A DNA stretch of 64,000 nt from Octopus bimaculoides (GCF_001194135.2 NC_068985.1:30763601-30827600); one strand, 5' to 3'; positions 11,703 through 26,797 are shown, counted from the first letter of the stretch. Made by a program: numbers and translations. Notes: a model not told the origin generated them from the sequence alone.

Positions 11703-14700
11703 ATTTATATATATATATATTTATATACATATATATCGATTGTCAGTAAATCATAAATTGGATCCAATCTAAAGTACAGGATGTAAGATGGAGTCAGATG
11801 TCAAAAATAATATATACTATAATTCATTACAGACGGCCACATGTTTCACTCTAAGTGTGATTATCAGATGACTGAGATAATTGCTTTATCTAGTGGAATT
11901 TATAGCTAAAAATAGAAGGACTTATTTGAAACCTGGATATTCTAAAAATGGATTGAGAAGATAAAGAAATTTTATGTTATATTGAAAGGGGAGAGAAATA
12001 ATGAGAGGCAGGGGAAAAGAAATAATGTCTTGAAAGAGAGGATGCATGAAGTGCAACTAGAGCCAAAGTTCTTATTGATCTAAAATTTGTTGCAGGAGCA
12101 AAATATTTCATTGTATAGACAAATGTGGAAGAAAGCAAAAGAAAGAAGATAGATGAAGTGGTAGCCATCTCGGATTACACTGTGTAACATGATTTTTGTC
12201 CTTGAGTAGCAACTGTTATTTCCTACTTGCTTACTCCTAGAAAGTATGAAAAATGGCTAATATTTCCTTCAAACTTTACTTTTGTTACACTTATTCAAGT
12301 CCCATAGATTCCCTCTCAATGCATGGCTATGATGCTTGCCCACTACTCCTGCTCATGATCAGAGATGCACATATTGTCAGTCACTAAGAGAAATGTTCAA
12401 GTGGTTAAGGTCAAGCAACTGACAAGAAAATCTGTGGTATTAAGCAGAATATTTGCTATACTGATGCTTCTACTTCAGCAACTCAGTGCTGAATCTGTCT
12501 GAAATGTAATGGAAAATAGGTCAGGTTCAAAACATAGATGTCCAGGTCACAAAAGCAAAGTTCGAAGGGAATAGTAGTCATTTCTTTTGATCCCTAGACA
12601 GAAGCAAATAGGAAATAACACTTACTGACCAAAGACAAAGAAAAAAAGAATGAAATTAAAATTTTGTTACACAGTGTTATAGATGCTATTAACTTCATGA
12701 GTTTATTCTTTTTATTGATTTTTTAAATATTTTCCCTGTACCTTTCTTTCAAGTAAGTTTCATTTTGAGATCCTTTCACCTCTTTTATGAATTTATTTGT
12801 GAATGAAATAAATCATGTAAGTATAGATTATAGTATGGAAATATTTTATGTAATAATAATTCTATACAATGAAAGTTTGATAACTCAGTAACATAGAATC
12901 AGCCCATATCTTTCCTCTATCTTTTAGCCCTTTGCTTTATATTAAACTACTCAACACTCACCCTGTCTCAGTATTTTTCATCGCTTCTTATTTTTACCAT
13001 CTCTCTCATTCTCTCTCTCTCTCTCTCTTTCACTTCCTCTCTCTCTCTCCTTCTCCCCCCTCTCTCAAGGTGTACATCTCTCCTTTCTTTTTCTCCCTTT
13101 CTCTAGCTATCTCTAATGCTCTGTTTCTCATTTTCGATCTTTTGCTCTTCTTACAAGTAGTCTTTCTGTCTCAGTTTCCAACACTTTGAGCCACTTGTTG
13201 CTATGACAACAATGTCTTTGCCAAGATGAAAGTTTCACTCTCCTCAAAGATGTGGATCATATATCATATATTTGAAAAATTTAAATTATGTCTTACTGTT
13301 CTTTAAAATTCTTTTGTTTGTCTTTTTTTTTTTTATATTCTTTACCTAGAATTCTTTTCATGTCATACCTCAGATTTTCCATATGTTGAAAATTAGCTCT
13401 ATATATGAGTGTGTGACATTCTTACAGCATATTGCTTAATAGTAGCTAAAGTTTTATCAACCTGTTTATCAATCTAACTTTCTCAGACATTGTGTGAGTT
13501 TTATTGAAGAGTATATTCAATGCCATGTTCCCTTTTTTGCTCTGTTTATTTCTTTCTATTACTACATAAAACTCCTTCCCCCTTCTCCCTCTTTCTTAAA
13601 ATCCCTATCTTCCCTTTTTCTCCTTTTGTCTTTGTTTTTCATTAAACCATTTAACATTCTCCCTATCACTGTTTTTTTTTTCACCATCTCTCTCTGTCTC
13701 TTTCAGGATTTATGTTCCCTCACCCTCTTTCTAATTAACTTCTATGCTCTATTTTTCTCACTCTTTTAATCTTCATCCCCAGTTTACATACATTCTTTTT
13801 TCTATTCCTAACACTGTTGTATCTATAGTTGCTAAGACAGCAGTAATGCAGTATAGAGTGTATCATAATCCTACAGTATAATAGAAACTGACCAATAAAA
13901 CAGTGACAAGCAACTTGGCCTTTTATATAGAGAGAATATTCTCAGTCTGATTCTTTCCATTTTTATCAAGCTTTCTACTAAATATTGTTACAAAGAAATA
14001 GTTTTCTTATTAAAAGGAATACATTCAATCCTATAACTCCTTTGGGAGCTTGTATATGTAAGTTAGTTTTAATATTTATTTTGATGTCCATTTTAGTAAT
14101 TTGAGAACTGGTCTGTAAAACTATTTTACGAACAAATTAAACCTAATTGTGTTCCTGATGTTTCAACTGCTTCCCTATAATTTTGGTTCATATACATCAT
14201 GGTTCATATATATTAGGGTGTATATGAACCCTGGATTGAAACATATTTCGGTAACATGGAGTATCATCAACAAAGCTTCTCTATACTTCAATAGTTCCTG
14301 AATCTGAAGGCTTTGCATTAATGAACAGTTCTAAATATTAAAATAGCCTGCAATATCAAATAGCCAGAGATCTGAGTTATCAAGTTGTCTCAATGGGGAA
14401 AAAATTCTTTTTAGACAGCTTCCAGAACCACAAAATTTAAGGCATACTGATTCAAATGCAAGGCAAATAAATTCAGCAAGCACTGTGAGATGGCTGTCTG
14501 TTGACATCGATCATACATCTAGATAGGGTGTTTTCCCTCACATCATAGCAGCCTAGTTAACATTAATAATATTTTGGGCCTCCACATAATCAACCGCATG
14601 ACCCAACTCAGCCAAACAGAATCAGCCTAGCTGGTGTGTTGGTGTTTTGCAGACATATAGGTTGCACCCTCCCTTCACTAATAATGCCTGGCCGATCATG

Positions 14701-14765
14701 TATATGTGTCAAACCCCATGTAGTAATGTATTATCAGTTCCTAATTACAGTAAGTTCTCACATTA

Positions 14766-14812
14766 ACACACACACACACACACACACACAAAAACACACA
14801 TCACTTACACAT

Positions 14813-14906
<94 letters not shown>
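14766..14906. repeat. (CA)n microsatellite (one of many CA/TA/TATG/CT tracts)
   Basis: Direct reading. Other long tracts: (TA)n about 26293-26384 and 11630-11735, (AAT)n about 32664-32742, (CAT)n about 58230-58335. Confidence 0.95.
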
Positions 14907-14909
<3 letters not shown>

Positions 14910-17336
14910 GGGGCATATATACATAAATTTTCTATGAATAAGGGTCCTATCAGAAAAGTCAAAAGCTCCTCTCCCTTCATGGCACACACAAAAAAAAATT
15001 ATTCAGATACCTATACATAAATCAAGCAACTAAACAAATTCATTAAAAATTAATGGAAGCTTCTTCCTTTTCTTACATATTTTAATTTTTTTTCTTTAAG
15101 ATTCTTGTCTTTGTTATATCACTTATAGAAGCCAATGCAGGTACATTCACCAAAGAAAAAAAGGCTTTAAAATGCCGGAGAGGATCCTGGAACTCTTTGA
15201 AAAAATATGGTATGTGGCTCAAAATGTTGCCAATGTACTATCATTTATATTTAAAAAATGAAAAGAAAAACATTTAATTTTTGAACAATAACCTCCAAAC
15301 TCTGACTAATCATGAAGAGGTAAAACTTAATATCAAAGAATTCCAATAATAAAACTATGATTGGCCAACTCCAACTGAAAGAAATATTAACTGGAGTCAT
15401 TTTGTCATGGATAACATTAAGTGCGTTAACTTGACTCAATAGATTTTTTTTTCTTCTGAATAATTCTACCTAATTGAAGAATTACACATAGAAATTTAGC
15501 CTGAGAAGTAAGAACAGAGCCAATAACCTTTCCAGTTCTTCCTAAAATAGAGAATAGGATAATGAGCCATTATGGTTAATGTTTGGGGGGGGGGACAAGG
15601 GTGTGTTGAGTTTCCCAAGGATGCAGTCCAAAATAGAATGACTTGGAAATACATACTGTGAGAGAAGTGGGAAAAGAGAAAGAGAGAGGTAGTATGAGCT
15701 GCAGACAAATAAGATGATGACCTGTGATATACACTCACAAGTTCAAAGGAGAAGATACATTTATAGTAGAGGGCACAACTCAATAACTCACAAGTGGTTG
15801 AAATATACTGGTAGACATAGTAATGCATGAGTGACATTACTACCAGAAGTTGTACTGTAAATCAGTGATTTAAAATACCTCCTTTGGTCATGATTGACCA
15901 TGGGATTGCACCTAGAAAGTTCCCCTACAAGGCACAAATTTGGGCAAGGTTGTTTATGGAAAACCAGCAATTGCCCATGCATACTGGCCTTCTCCATGCT
16001 ACCAATGTTATCCAAGGGAAAGGGAAAGGCCAATACAGTTTGGCACCAGTGGTGTTGCAACTCATTTCTACAGATGAGTGAATTGGAGCAACATGAAATA
16101 AAGTGTCTTGCTCAAGACTACAGCATAAAGTTTAGTCCAGGAACCAAACTCACTACCTCATGATTGTGAGCCTGATGCTCTAACCACTGAGCCACACACC
16201 TTCACATAAATCAGTGGTTTAACTTTAAATAGCTGTGATGTACAATGTTCATAGAAGAGAAATGACAGAGTTAAATTACTTTCAGTGTATTATTAATATT
16301 TATTTATTTGTTTTAGCTTTGCATGGATGGAAAACAAAGTTGAAACAAATATAGAGAGAGACTGAACTAGTTGCAGTCAATGTCATATTTTACTGAATCA
16401 AGATCATGTCTATGACTCTTAACATGTAAATAACATTGGCTTTTAACTTTTGCACAAAGCCACAATTATTGGGGTGAGCACAATCAATTAAAGTGGCTCC
16501 TATACTTCTTTATTGTTTCTGGATGGATGGAAAACAAAGCTGACACCAGCAAGTTTTGAATTCAGAACATAAAGTGATGTTAGTAACTACCACAAGGCAT
16601 TTCGTCTGGTATTCTATTAATTTTACCCTTAGCATGATAATAATATTGAATCCTAATATTGACACAAAGCAAAACATTTGTGGGTAGAGGAGAGCATTGT
16701 CAATTGAATGGTATTTATTTGATGCAACCAAGCTGGAATTCAGCAGAAAACAAAGAAGTATTGTTGGACACCTATGGTATGCTAATAATATTGTATTATT
16801 GATAAGTGTATTATATAACAATAAAATTTCTGATTGAACTATACCTTCATAATGTATACAGTTGTAGAGTATAGTTATATACAGTTCAAGAGATACTGGG
16901 GATTTATTTTATTTTTATATTTATCAAATTTATACCTTGAAATAAGTCATCATTAAAATTTTATTTTAAGGAACTCTTCGTCTTTTTGAATGGATATGAT
17001 TTTCTGATTATAAATTTAACATTGCAATCTTCCCAAATACAGTCTCTTATTTCACACATGCTATTAGATGTTTGGCCATTTCAAAACTCAAGCTAAATAA
17101 TCAGGAAGAAATAAATCCATATCACATGCTCACTTGCTAATGGTTGCCCATTGAATCCAATAATGACCATCTCCTTCATTTCTGAATCCTTTGATAACTA
17201 GTTAGATCATACATACATGCATACATACATATGTACCCATGTATGTATACAAACATGTATCTATGTATGCATACATACATATGTATCTATGTATGTATAA
17301 GCATATATATGTATGTATATGTATGTATGTATGTAA

Positions 17337-17373
<37 letters not shown>

Positions 17374-17376
17374 GTG

Positions 17377-17698
17377 AAGGCACATGGCTTAGTGGGTAGG
17401 GCATTTGGCTCACAATCATAAGGTCATGAGTTCAACTATCGGCGACACATTGTGTCCTTGAGCAAGACACTTTATTTCACATTTCTCCAGTCCACTCAGC
17501 TGGCAAAAGTGAGTAGCACCTGTGTTTCAAAGGGTCAACCTTGTCACACTCTGTGTCATGCTGAATCTCCCTGAGAACTACATTAAGGGTACATGTGTCT
17601 GTGGAGTGCTCAGCCACTTGCATGTTAATTTCACAAGCAAGCTGTTCCATTGATTGTATTAGCTGGGACCCTCGTTGTCGTAGCCGACTGAGTGCTCC
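17377..17698 (+). mobile_element. tRNA-derived SINE, family A, full length
   Basis: A box (tggcttagtgg) and B box (gagttcaact). The body ccactcagctggcaaaa..ccctgagaactac..gtggagtgctcagccacttgca is shared with 60252-60549, 60880-61028, 39433-39647(-), 62745-62900(-) and 15990-16205(-). Confidence 0.85.
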
Positions 17699-18714
17699 TT
17701 TTTATATATATATATATATATATNNNNNNNNNNNNNNNNNNNNNNNNNNNNNNNNNNNNNNNNNNNNNNNNNNNNNNNNNNNNNNNNNNNNNNNNNNNNN
17801 NNNNNNNNNNNNNNNNNNNNNNNNNNNNNNNNNNNNNNNNNNNNNNNNNNNNNNNNNNNNNNNNNNNNNNNNNNNNNNNNNNNNNNNNNNNNNNNNNNNN
17901 NNNNNNNNNNNNNNNNNNNNNNNNNNNNNNNNNNNNNNNNNNNNNNNNNNNNNNNNNNNNNNNNNNNNNNNNNNNNNNNNNNNNNNNNNNNNNNNNNNNN
18001 NNNNNNNNNNNNNNNNNNNNNNNNNNNNNNNNNNNNNNNNNNNNNNNNNNNNNNNNNNNNNNNNNNNNNNNNNNNNNNNNNNNNNNNNNNNNNNNNNNNN
18101 NNNNNNNNNNNNNNNNNNNNNNNNNNNNNNNNNNNNNNNNNNNNNNNNNNNNNNNNNNNNNNNNNNNNNNNNNNNNNNNNNNNNNNNNNNNNNNNNNNNN
18201 NNNNNNNNNNNNNNNNNNNNNNNNNNNNNNNNNNNNNNNNNNNNNNNNNNNNNNNNNNNNNNNNNNNNNNNNNNNNNNNNNNNNNNNNNNNNNNNNNNNN
18301 NNNNNNNNNNNNNNNNNNNNNNNNNNNNNNNNNNNNNNNNNNNNNNNNNNNNNNNNNNNNNNNNNNNNNNNNNNNNNNNNNNNNNNNNNNNNNNNNNNNN
18401 NNNNNNNNNNNNNNNNNNNNNNNNNNNNNNNNNNNNNNNNNNNNNNNNNNNNNNNNNNNNNNNNNNNNNNNNNNNNNNNNNNNNNNNNNNNNNNNNNNNN
18501 NNNNNNNNNNNNNNNNNNNNNNNNNNNNNNNNNNNNNNNNNNNNNNNNNNNNNNNNNNNNNNNNNNNNNNNNNNNNNNNNNNNNNNNNNNNNNNNNNNNN
18601 NNNNNNNNNNNNNNNNNNNNNNNNNNNNNNNNNNNNNNNNNNNNNNNNNNNNNNNNNNNNNNNNNNNNNNNNNNNNNNNNNNNNNNNNNNNNNNNNNNNN
18701 NNNNNNNNNNNNNN

Positions 18715-18757
<43 letters not shown>

Positions 18758-18761
<4 letters not shown>

Positions 18762-18976
18762 GGGGTACTGAAAGGTTCCTGGCTTTAAAGGTATTATGAA
18801 AGGCCTGGCTGGAGGCCCAACCTTCCAAGTTATTTTACAAGGCTTAGAAAAACTGAAGGACCACTGCAATAAGTGTATGAATCTGAGAGAGGAATATGTT
18901 GAATAAAATCATAAATAACTGATCCTCCTGTATTTTCTTTTACCCACAGTCAAGTACCTCTCAGCACCCATTGTAT
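18758..18976 (+). mobile_element. Mariner-derived MITE / deletion derivative
   Basis: Imperfect TIRs. Internal GLEKLKDHCNKCMNLREEYVE* resembles a mariner transposase C-terminus. Confidence 0.55.
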
Positions 18977-18980
18977 AATA

Positions 18981-19496
18981 CAGGGTGCAGTGAATAAACT
19001 GTCATCTAAATCACACAAAAATGAAAATAACACTGACATCTCATTTTAACAGATATATTTACCAAAATTACATAAAAATATCTTGAAATACTTAAGAGTA
19101 AATTTATTCAATAAAATCGCCATTGGGTTCAACCACAGTCTCCAGACGACTTCAGAATCTCCTGCAACTCTTCTGGATGGTCTTCTTGTTTAAGTTGGTG
19201 AATGCTGCCATAATCCTTGACTTCAGTTCATCTTTGGTGTTACAAGAAGTTTTGTTGGTCTGTCACTCAACTGCGCCCCGCACATAATAATCAAGGGGGT
19301 TGCAGTCTGGGGAGTTAGGTGGCCAGATGTTAGGGGTGATGTGGTCGCAGAAATTGTCTGACAGCCATGACTGAGTTCTCCTGCTTGTGTGGCATGGTGC
19401 AGAGTCCTGTTGTCAGACACAGGGTCTTCCAGCAGCCACCCTCTTGAGCCAAGGCAGCACTACCTCCTCTAAGCACTTAATGTAGGCCTCCTTGTT
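18981..19496 (-). mobile_element. maT-like (DD37D) transposon 3' part, cut by an assembly gap
   Basis: Minus strand reads QQDSAPCHTS...WPPNSPDCNPLDYY...RLETVVEPNGDFIE*, with 37 residues between the Asp residues. It ends in TIR cagggtgcagtgaataaa preceded by TA. Confidence 0.85.
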
Positions 19497-22400
19497 NNNN
19501 NNNNNNNNNNNNNNNNNNNNNNNNNNNNNNNNNNNNNNNNNNNNNNNNNNNNNNNNNNNNNNNNNNNNNNNNNNNNNNNNNNNNNNNNNNNNNNNNNNNN
19601 NNNNNNNNNNNNNNNNNNNNNNNNNNNNNNNNNNNNNNNNNNNNNNNNNNNNNNNNNNNNNNNNNNNNNNNNNNNNNNNNNNNNNNNNNNNNNNNNNNNN
19701 NNNNNNNNNNNNNNNNNNNNNNNNNNNNNNNNNNNNNNNNNNNNNNNNNNNNNNNNNNNNNNNNNNNNNNNNNNNNNNNNNNNNNNNNNNNNNNNNNNNN
19801 NNNNNNNNNNNNNNNNNNNNNNNNNNNNNNNNNNNNNNNNNNNNNNNNNNNNNNNNNNNNNNNNNNNNNNNNNNNNNNNNNNNNNNNNNNNNNNNNNNNN
19901 NNNNNNNNNNNNNNNNNNNNNNNNNNNNNNNNNNNNNNNNNNNNNNNNNNNNNNNNNNNNNNNNNNNNNNNNNNNNNNNNNNNNNNNNNNNNNNNNNNNN
20001 NNNNNNNNNNNNNNNNNNNNNNNNNNNNNNNNNNNNNNNNNNNNNNNNNNNNNNNNNNNNNNNNNNNNNNNNNNNNNNNNNNNNNNNNNNNNNNNNNNNN
20101 NNNNNNNNNNNNNNNNNNNNNNNNNNNNNNNNNNNNNNNNNNNNNNNNNNNNNNNNNNNNNATATATATGAGACCAGAAGCCATGCAAAAATGTATGTTG
20201 TTACAAGTACATTGTTTATTGCCATAAAAAGATATAGCAAAAATCCCTTATTGTGCCTCAAATAGACATTAGTTCCATGAATCTGCTCATTATTGTGCTA
20301 TGATATGAAATTTTTCTGTCAAACTTAAATTACAATTTTAAACATTTACTACAGCTGTTTTCAAATTACTGAGAACTAGCTTGAGACCACAGTACAGCAG
20401 TAACCTTAAGCACTTACTATATATAGTCTGATTATATAATACAAATGAAGGCACTCATTTGCCAAAACTCTATAAGCTAAATCTGGGAATGCACTTTCAA
20501 TGTAACCAAAGGAATAAGCATAAAGATATTTTTTAAAAACTACCATTGGCATCAACACTTAAGAAGATCAAGCATTGGAAAAATTTAATTGCCAATGGCA
20601 TTGTGACCAAGCATTCATCATCATTAAAAATGTTCTTTCAGTACTAAATACTTTGATTCTTTTATTGTGCTTGTAGCTCTTTAGTTCTTTGAACTAACAC
20701 TTTCAGCTGTATGGGTGTGTGAATATGCATGTGTAACAATATTTGGAAATGCACATGTACATGTGTGTGAGGGAAACTAATACTTGACACAGCACTTGAA
20801 GTAATGAACTGATTAATGATATATAAGTAATTATTCCTAGCCTTGCTCAAAAATAATGTTGGGATTATAAAAATATGGGGCCTGCAACTGAGAGATTGAA
20901 ACTTGATCTAGCTGGGTCTCAGCTTCAGTTCTATCATAACCATGCATTCTTTTTCTACTTTGGTTTTGGTACAACTGGAATATTCAATTTCATTCAGTTT
21001 TTCAGTGGAGAGGATTTACATAATATAAAAATGAGTGTAACTCTCTTTTCTTTTGGGGAAATTTTGAATTGGTAAAACAAATATGTTTTCATAAAGTACA
21101 AACAGCATGGAAAATTCTGAAAATGAAATTCAAGCAACTGAAATTAAATAAAATTATTTAAAAATGTATCTAAATTTATTAATATAAATTGAACTAAGCT
21201 ACTAATAAAAATAAAAAAATTAATAATAAAACTTCAAATCCAATTTCAGTTTGTAAAATTTTTCATTCAATTCTGCATTTGTGAAAACATCTATAATTTA
21301 TTAAGTTGGAATCTTAACTTGAGAAATTTACTTTAAAAAAAGATGAATTAAATAATAATACTCATCTCAGGTTTCTACATCCAACATAAGTTGTTTGATA
21401 AACATTTCTGTTCTAAAGATTATTATTTTAATCCTTCATTTATCCTAGTTCTATTTCAGAAATAATGTTTGTTCCTTTAAAAGCAATTATGATTGTATTT
21501 GACTACAGTCTGCACCAGAATAATTTAAAACTAAATCATTAAAACTTTGAACCTTATTATTATTTTACTTCTGCTTATTTTCATTTTATTTTTATGTTTT
21601 ATTGTTGTTTATTATCTTAGAAAATGCAAACCTATGTAGCTGTTTACCATATGACAGCTTTAATGTGCCGCAAGGGATGGCACTTGAGTAGCTTTCAGTT
21701 TTATTTTCTGGTAGACTTAAAATCTAAGATTTCCAAATACTATGTAAATGTAAATGAAATGAAAATATCTTCACCCTAGAATTGAAATCAGGCCACAGTT
21801 TTGGTTAGTGGAATGCTTAGTCAATCCGTGGTATGCACGCAATTTGCATTTAGAAAAGATATTACTTTATCTGTTTGCATATTGTTTTTATTGGTGGGAT
21901 GCTGAAATCTAAATGCATATCTATGTAGAGTACAATAAGGATGACCAAGTGATTAAGAAGTTCATTTCACAATAACGAGGTCTTGGGTTTGATTAGAATG
22001 CAAAGATGGACACAATGCCACTGAACATTTTGTCAAGCATGCTAACTATTCTGCCAGCTCGCCACTTTTTCCATTCTGAGAATTTTAACATACAGTTATA
22101 AGCTCATATCTTATTGCAAGCCTATATGTTGCTTCTGAACATTCTCATTATGAGGGTCCTTCACCATCCTCATCATTGCCACGATTAAACATCCCTTTCC
22201 CACACTGGTATAAGCTGGATGGTTCAACAGAAGCTGGTGAGCCAGTGACTATGCCAAGTCTTAATGTCTGTATTGGCATGGTTTTTATGGCAATGTGTCC
22301 TTTGTAATGCCAACCATTTTTCAGTGTGTGTTGGGTGCCTTTTATGCAGCATTGGCATCCATGAAGTCACCAAGTAACTTGTAAGACGTCTCTACTGAGT

Positions 22401-23087
22401 GGGGGAGTAGTATTGAGGGAGATGACTTTATGCCAGGTGATGAGAGATTGAAGTATGATAGGGGGACAGAAACAGGTGTCATGCTGTTGGAAGAAGAAAA
22501 AAGAGGAGAGAAAAAGATGGTGGGGGAGATGTGTCAGGACATACACTCAAGGGAGGAGAATGTAAATGAAGTGGTAGATTTGCATGAGCATGTGCATGCA
22601 TGTGTGCATGCATGTGTGTGTTGCACATATGCATATGTGTGTCATGCATGTGTGAGTGGTGTGCACATGCATCTATGTGTGTGCATGCACATGCATTTGT
22701 GTGTGTGTGTGTGTCTCCATAGACTTTATGAATTTCTTTCAACCAAGCAAATGTGTCTCTATTATGGTAAAATTTTGCTGACCCTGTTTGACCATATGTT
22801 GTCATAGCTGAGCTCTTTCTTTTCAACATGTGCAACCTGCAAATTTGTCATGTTTGCAAATTCTTGAGCTGAGAATGATCAGTAAAATTATCAAACTGAA
22901 GATACACAGTTAAGAGAATGACTTTCCATTAAAAAAAGAACCTAATGATGGGTATTTTTTCTATTTAGAATTTTAAAATATTGTGCTGGTCTATACACAT
23001 TCAGTGAACTTGAAAATTACTTTTGAGATCATACAAGCTATTGTACTTAATTACAAGTGAAAATCATGATTAATTTAAAAGAATATA

Positions 23088-23760
23088 TAAAGGTCTGTCC
23101 AAAACAACCCAATCGTCTTATAAAACAAAACAAAATTCTTGCCTTTCTCACAGTTTAATCAGATTTTTCTTCAAAATAGTTCCCTTCACTGCTCCCAATA
23201 TACTTTGTAGTTTTGAATTGCCTCCTGGAATGCATTTTCAGGGGTAGTGTACAGTTCTCATATCAAATAAAGATTATCCTTTCAGGACAGATCTCTCAAC
23301 TTTTGGAACAAAAATGTCTGCAGGGGTCAAATCTATAGAACATAGTTGTTGGGCACAAGGGACATTAAAGTTATAGATAAGAACTGACACATAAGCAGGT
23401 ACACAGCCATTGTACAGCATTCAGGTTTTGTCATACATTCTCTCTCAGACACTTCATGGCATCCAAGTAAAGCTCTTCATTGATCATCTGATCACATGAA
23501 ACAAACTCATGGTGAATAACACCCTTCCACATTTGAGCAGCTCCAGCATGTATTTTTATAGATGTGGAAATGCTATTTTAATTCACTGTGGCAAATACCT
23601 TTTTATTTTGATGTCAAAACTGTACACCCGCATTTCCTCAGCCATTATAACACTTTTTAGAAAGTTTTCTTTGACATTCAGACAATCAAACAGCTTTTGA
23701 CCCACTGTGACTTGGTTCAATTTCTGTTCATAACTTTTGCTACAACTTAATGCATCTTCA
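23088..23760 (-). mobile_element. Old mariner transposase remnant
   Basis: Minus strand reads NFLKSVIMAEEMRVYSFDIKIK, a degenerate form of FLxxIITGDExWVYxYD. Heavily decayed; boundaries approximate. Confidence 0.5.
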
Positions 23761-25340
23761 ATTTATCTTTCAAAATAAGGTGGCACAAACTTTTACAGAT
23801 GTCTCTACCTTTGAAAACTTCAAAGACAATGAAACAATGATTTTCATGGATTGTATTATTTACTCATAGTAGGTGATAATTTTCTGTTGTCATGAAAGTT
23901 CATCCAAGTTTTGGATTGTCTTGCAAAGATGTTCTTCCCTATTTGGAAAGCTGCTTCCACAAATCTCAAACAATTCTGTTATAGGCTTATTGCAACATTA
24001 GAAAAGTCTCTATAATAATCTTTATCCCAAATTAAAGCTGAATTTCCCATAAATATGTTGCTCTTCCAAATCGCTCATTGTTCAAGTACATTAAAATAAA
24101 TTCACTTTAGTACATGTAAATCAATGACTATTATTAGATTGAAAGTCAAGGTCACCTATGTAGAACATTTCACACTCTAACAGCTTATCGGTATGCTGTT
24201 TTAAATGTCTATTTTCTTTTCAAATAGACCACATATGTATGAAATGTTTATGAAAAATATCAAAGGCTTCCTTATTATTACAAGTGTTACAGTTGTGTTA
24301 TAGCCTGTGGATATTTTGAAATAGATACAAAGGAAACACATTGAAAGAAACATTTGATCAACTTTTATAGTCATGACCATCATATCATTATTATGAGACA
24401 TTTTGTTTTACACGATTCACTTTTAAAGGTAATATATTGTTAAATGATGGGGAAGGGACAGCAACATCAAGTGACTATGTAGAAACATCTTCAGTAGTTC
24501 CTGCTCCTTTTTTTTTTTTTGTTAATTTTTTTCTTGTTTTCAATTTAGATGACTGATTAAATATATTATACAATAGAAATTGAATAACCAGTTTTTCTAT
24601 TCTAGGAAATAGTTCATTGATAGCTTTTAGTTTTTTGTTGCAGTTATTAACTTCAGTGTTGTCTCTGATAAAATGATAACCAAGCAATTCCTAATTTTAG
24701 TCAATACAGAGTTCAAATGGTTATTGTTTCTATACTTTTTGATTAGTTTTATAGAAGAAAAAATATTCATCTCTTTTTCCACATTATGTAAAACAAAAAT
24801 AATGCATAATATATAAACCATTTGTGGTATATGCTGCAAAAAAATTATTTTCATTCATGCATAATTTCCACACATTTAATAACTTTGGCATACATGCACT
24901 ATCAATTTTGGACTTTAATATATGTTCTTTAAATTTAACAGCTTTAATCAGTGTTTTATTAACTGGTATAACAGACCATAATAAAACCTAATGTCTGTTT
25001 CTTTGTGACATAAAGCTATTTGCCTTAAAGAATGGTTCTAATTCAGTAATACTATCCAAATTTATAACAATTTCCCACTTAAATTATTTTTATAATAGAA
25101 TAAATATTTTAGCATAATTAAAAAATCTAAATCTACATAGGTGTGTACTCTTAATTTTGGTTTTAAATTAAATAATTTCAAAATTGTTTTAAAGTGTACT
25201 AAACTGTATTTACAGAAATAACATATTAAAATTACTTTTAAATTGACTGTTTTGTAAATGTTTTTAATGGTTTCATTTTGTAAAATGTTTTGTTGAAATT
25301 TTACAAGACAGAATTTTTTTCATTGTTTTTATTATAACAG

Positions 25341-25403
25341 GTTCTGATGGCTGCGGTAAATATTTACCTGTGCAGAGGTATCCGAAAGGGAGCAAGAAAG
25401 TAA
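25341..25403 (+). CDS. Tetraspanin terminal coding exon (end of TM4 and short basic cytoplasmic tail)
   Basis: ttttattataacag| then phase-0 VLMAAVNIYLCRGIRKGARK*. It completes TM4, with a juxtamembrane Cys (a typical palmitoylation position). Confidence 0.8.
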   Translation, partial: VLMAAVNIYLCRGIRKGARK

Positions 25404-25874
25404 ATCATGGTTTGGAGACTCTGTTGTGAAGCATCTGATCTGCTCAAATTTTTGGCAATAGAACAATAGGCAAAGAACAGACAAAAATATACCCTGCAGC
25501 AGAGGTCCATAGTATGAGAAACCAATGACAGGAATCCATCTTGAGGAGGTGAACACCAATAGCATTGAAACCGAAAAACATGAATGGCATTAGAGATATC
25601 AAAATGCCAAAATACAGTGTCCTATAACTGGCATGACAAAATGCCATGAAAATATGGTGCAGAAGACCATGTGGATAAATTGATCAATGCATATATATAT
25701 ATATATATATATATATGTTTTACATTAATATCACAGCATCTGAATGTATGTCATTATACATTTTATATTGAGGCATAAATCTCTATACATATGCAAATTA
25801 CCTTTTGTTCAATTACGTTTTTTCATGCATATGTTTGAAAGTAAATGTAAAGTTTGGTAGCAAATGTTCTTTGA

Positions 25875-25912
<38 letters not shown>

Positions 25913-26282
25913 GATATATATATGATATATAGATTCCTGCATACTCATATATAATGAGTGTATAATTTTAAGACGTGTCTCTAGAAACTCATGCTTGAGT
26001 CCAAAGTTTATATTCTGAAAACTGGACTTAATTTTCGTGCCTCAGTTTATTTTTTTATATGTATATGTCTTTTGCATGTTTCTGGAACTTAAGCAATATG
26101 CTACAGCACCATTTTTTAAATGTTGTGTACTACATATACTGGTATGTGCAATGCGGTATCTTGATTTGTGTCGTGAAGGTATCCCTTCAATTATTCATAT
26201 ACACACACACACACATATATATATATATATGTATATGTGTTCATATGTACACATATATGTATATTTTATATATATATATACG

Positions 26283-26386
<104 letters not shown>

Positions 26387-26749
26387 TTTCTGGGTTAATA
26401 GAAAAATAATGTCAAAAAATTATAAAACTATCTTGTTGGAAGATTTGTTTTTCGTTTTCCAAACTTTTTCATCTTTCTTATGATCTTCCAATGTAATAAA
26501 GTGAAAATGGTAAATGATAATCTAGTTTTCAGTCTTTCATTATAATAAACTTAATAAATATATCACCGAATTATTGTTTCCGAAACAAAACAGTCATGTC
26601 AATTTAACATGGTTTAATTGCTTACTTATTCTCCTCTTACTACTACTACTACTACTACTACTAGCAACTGTGACTAAACCCCAGACCAACAAAAGCTCTG
26701 CAAAAACAGGTTAAAGCCCATCTAATATACTGATATCTATCTATCTATC

Positions 26750-26797
<48 letters not shown>

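Noticed and set aside
12097-12153. Possible alternative tetraspanin last exon EQNISLYRQMWKKAKERR* after ttgttgcag
   Set aside because: It would break TM4 with polar residues; the resemblance to NIYLCRGIRK is probably chance.
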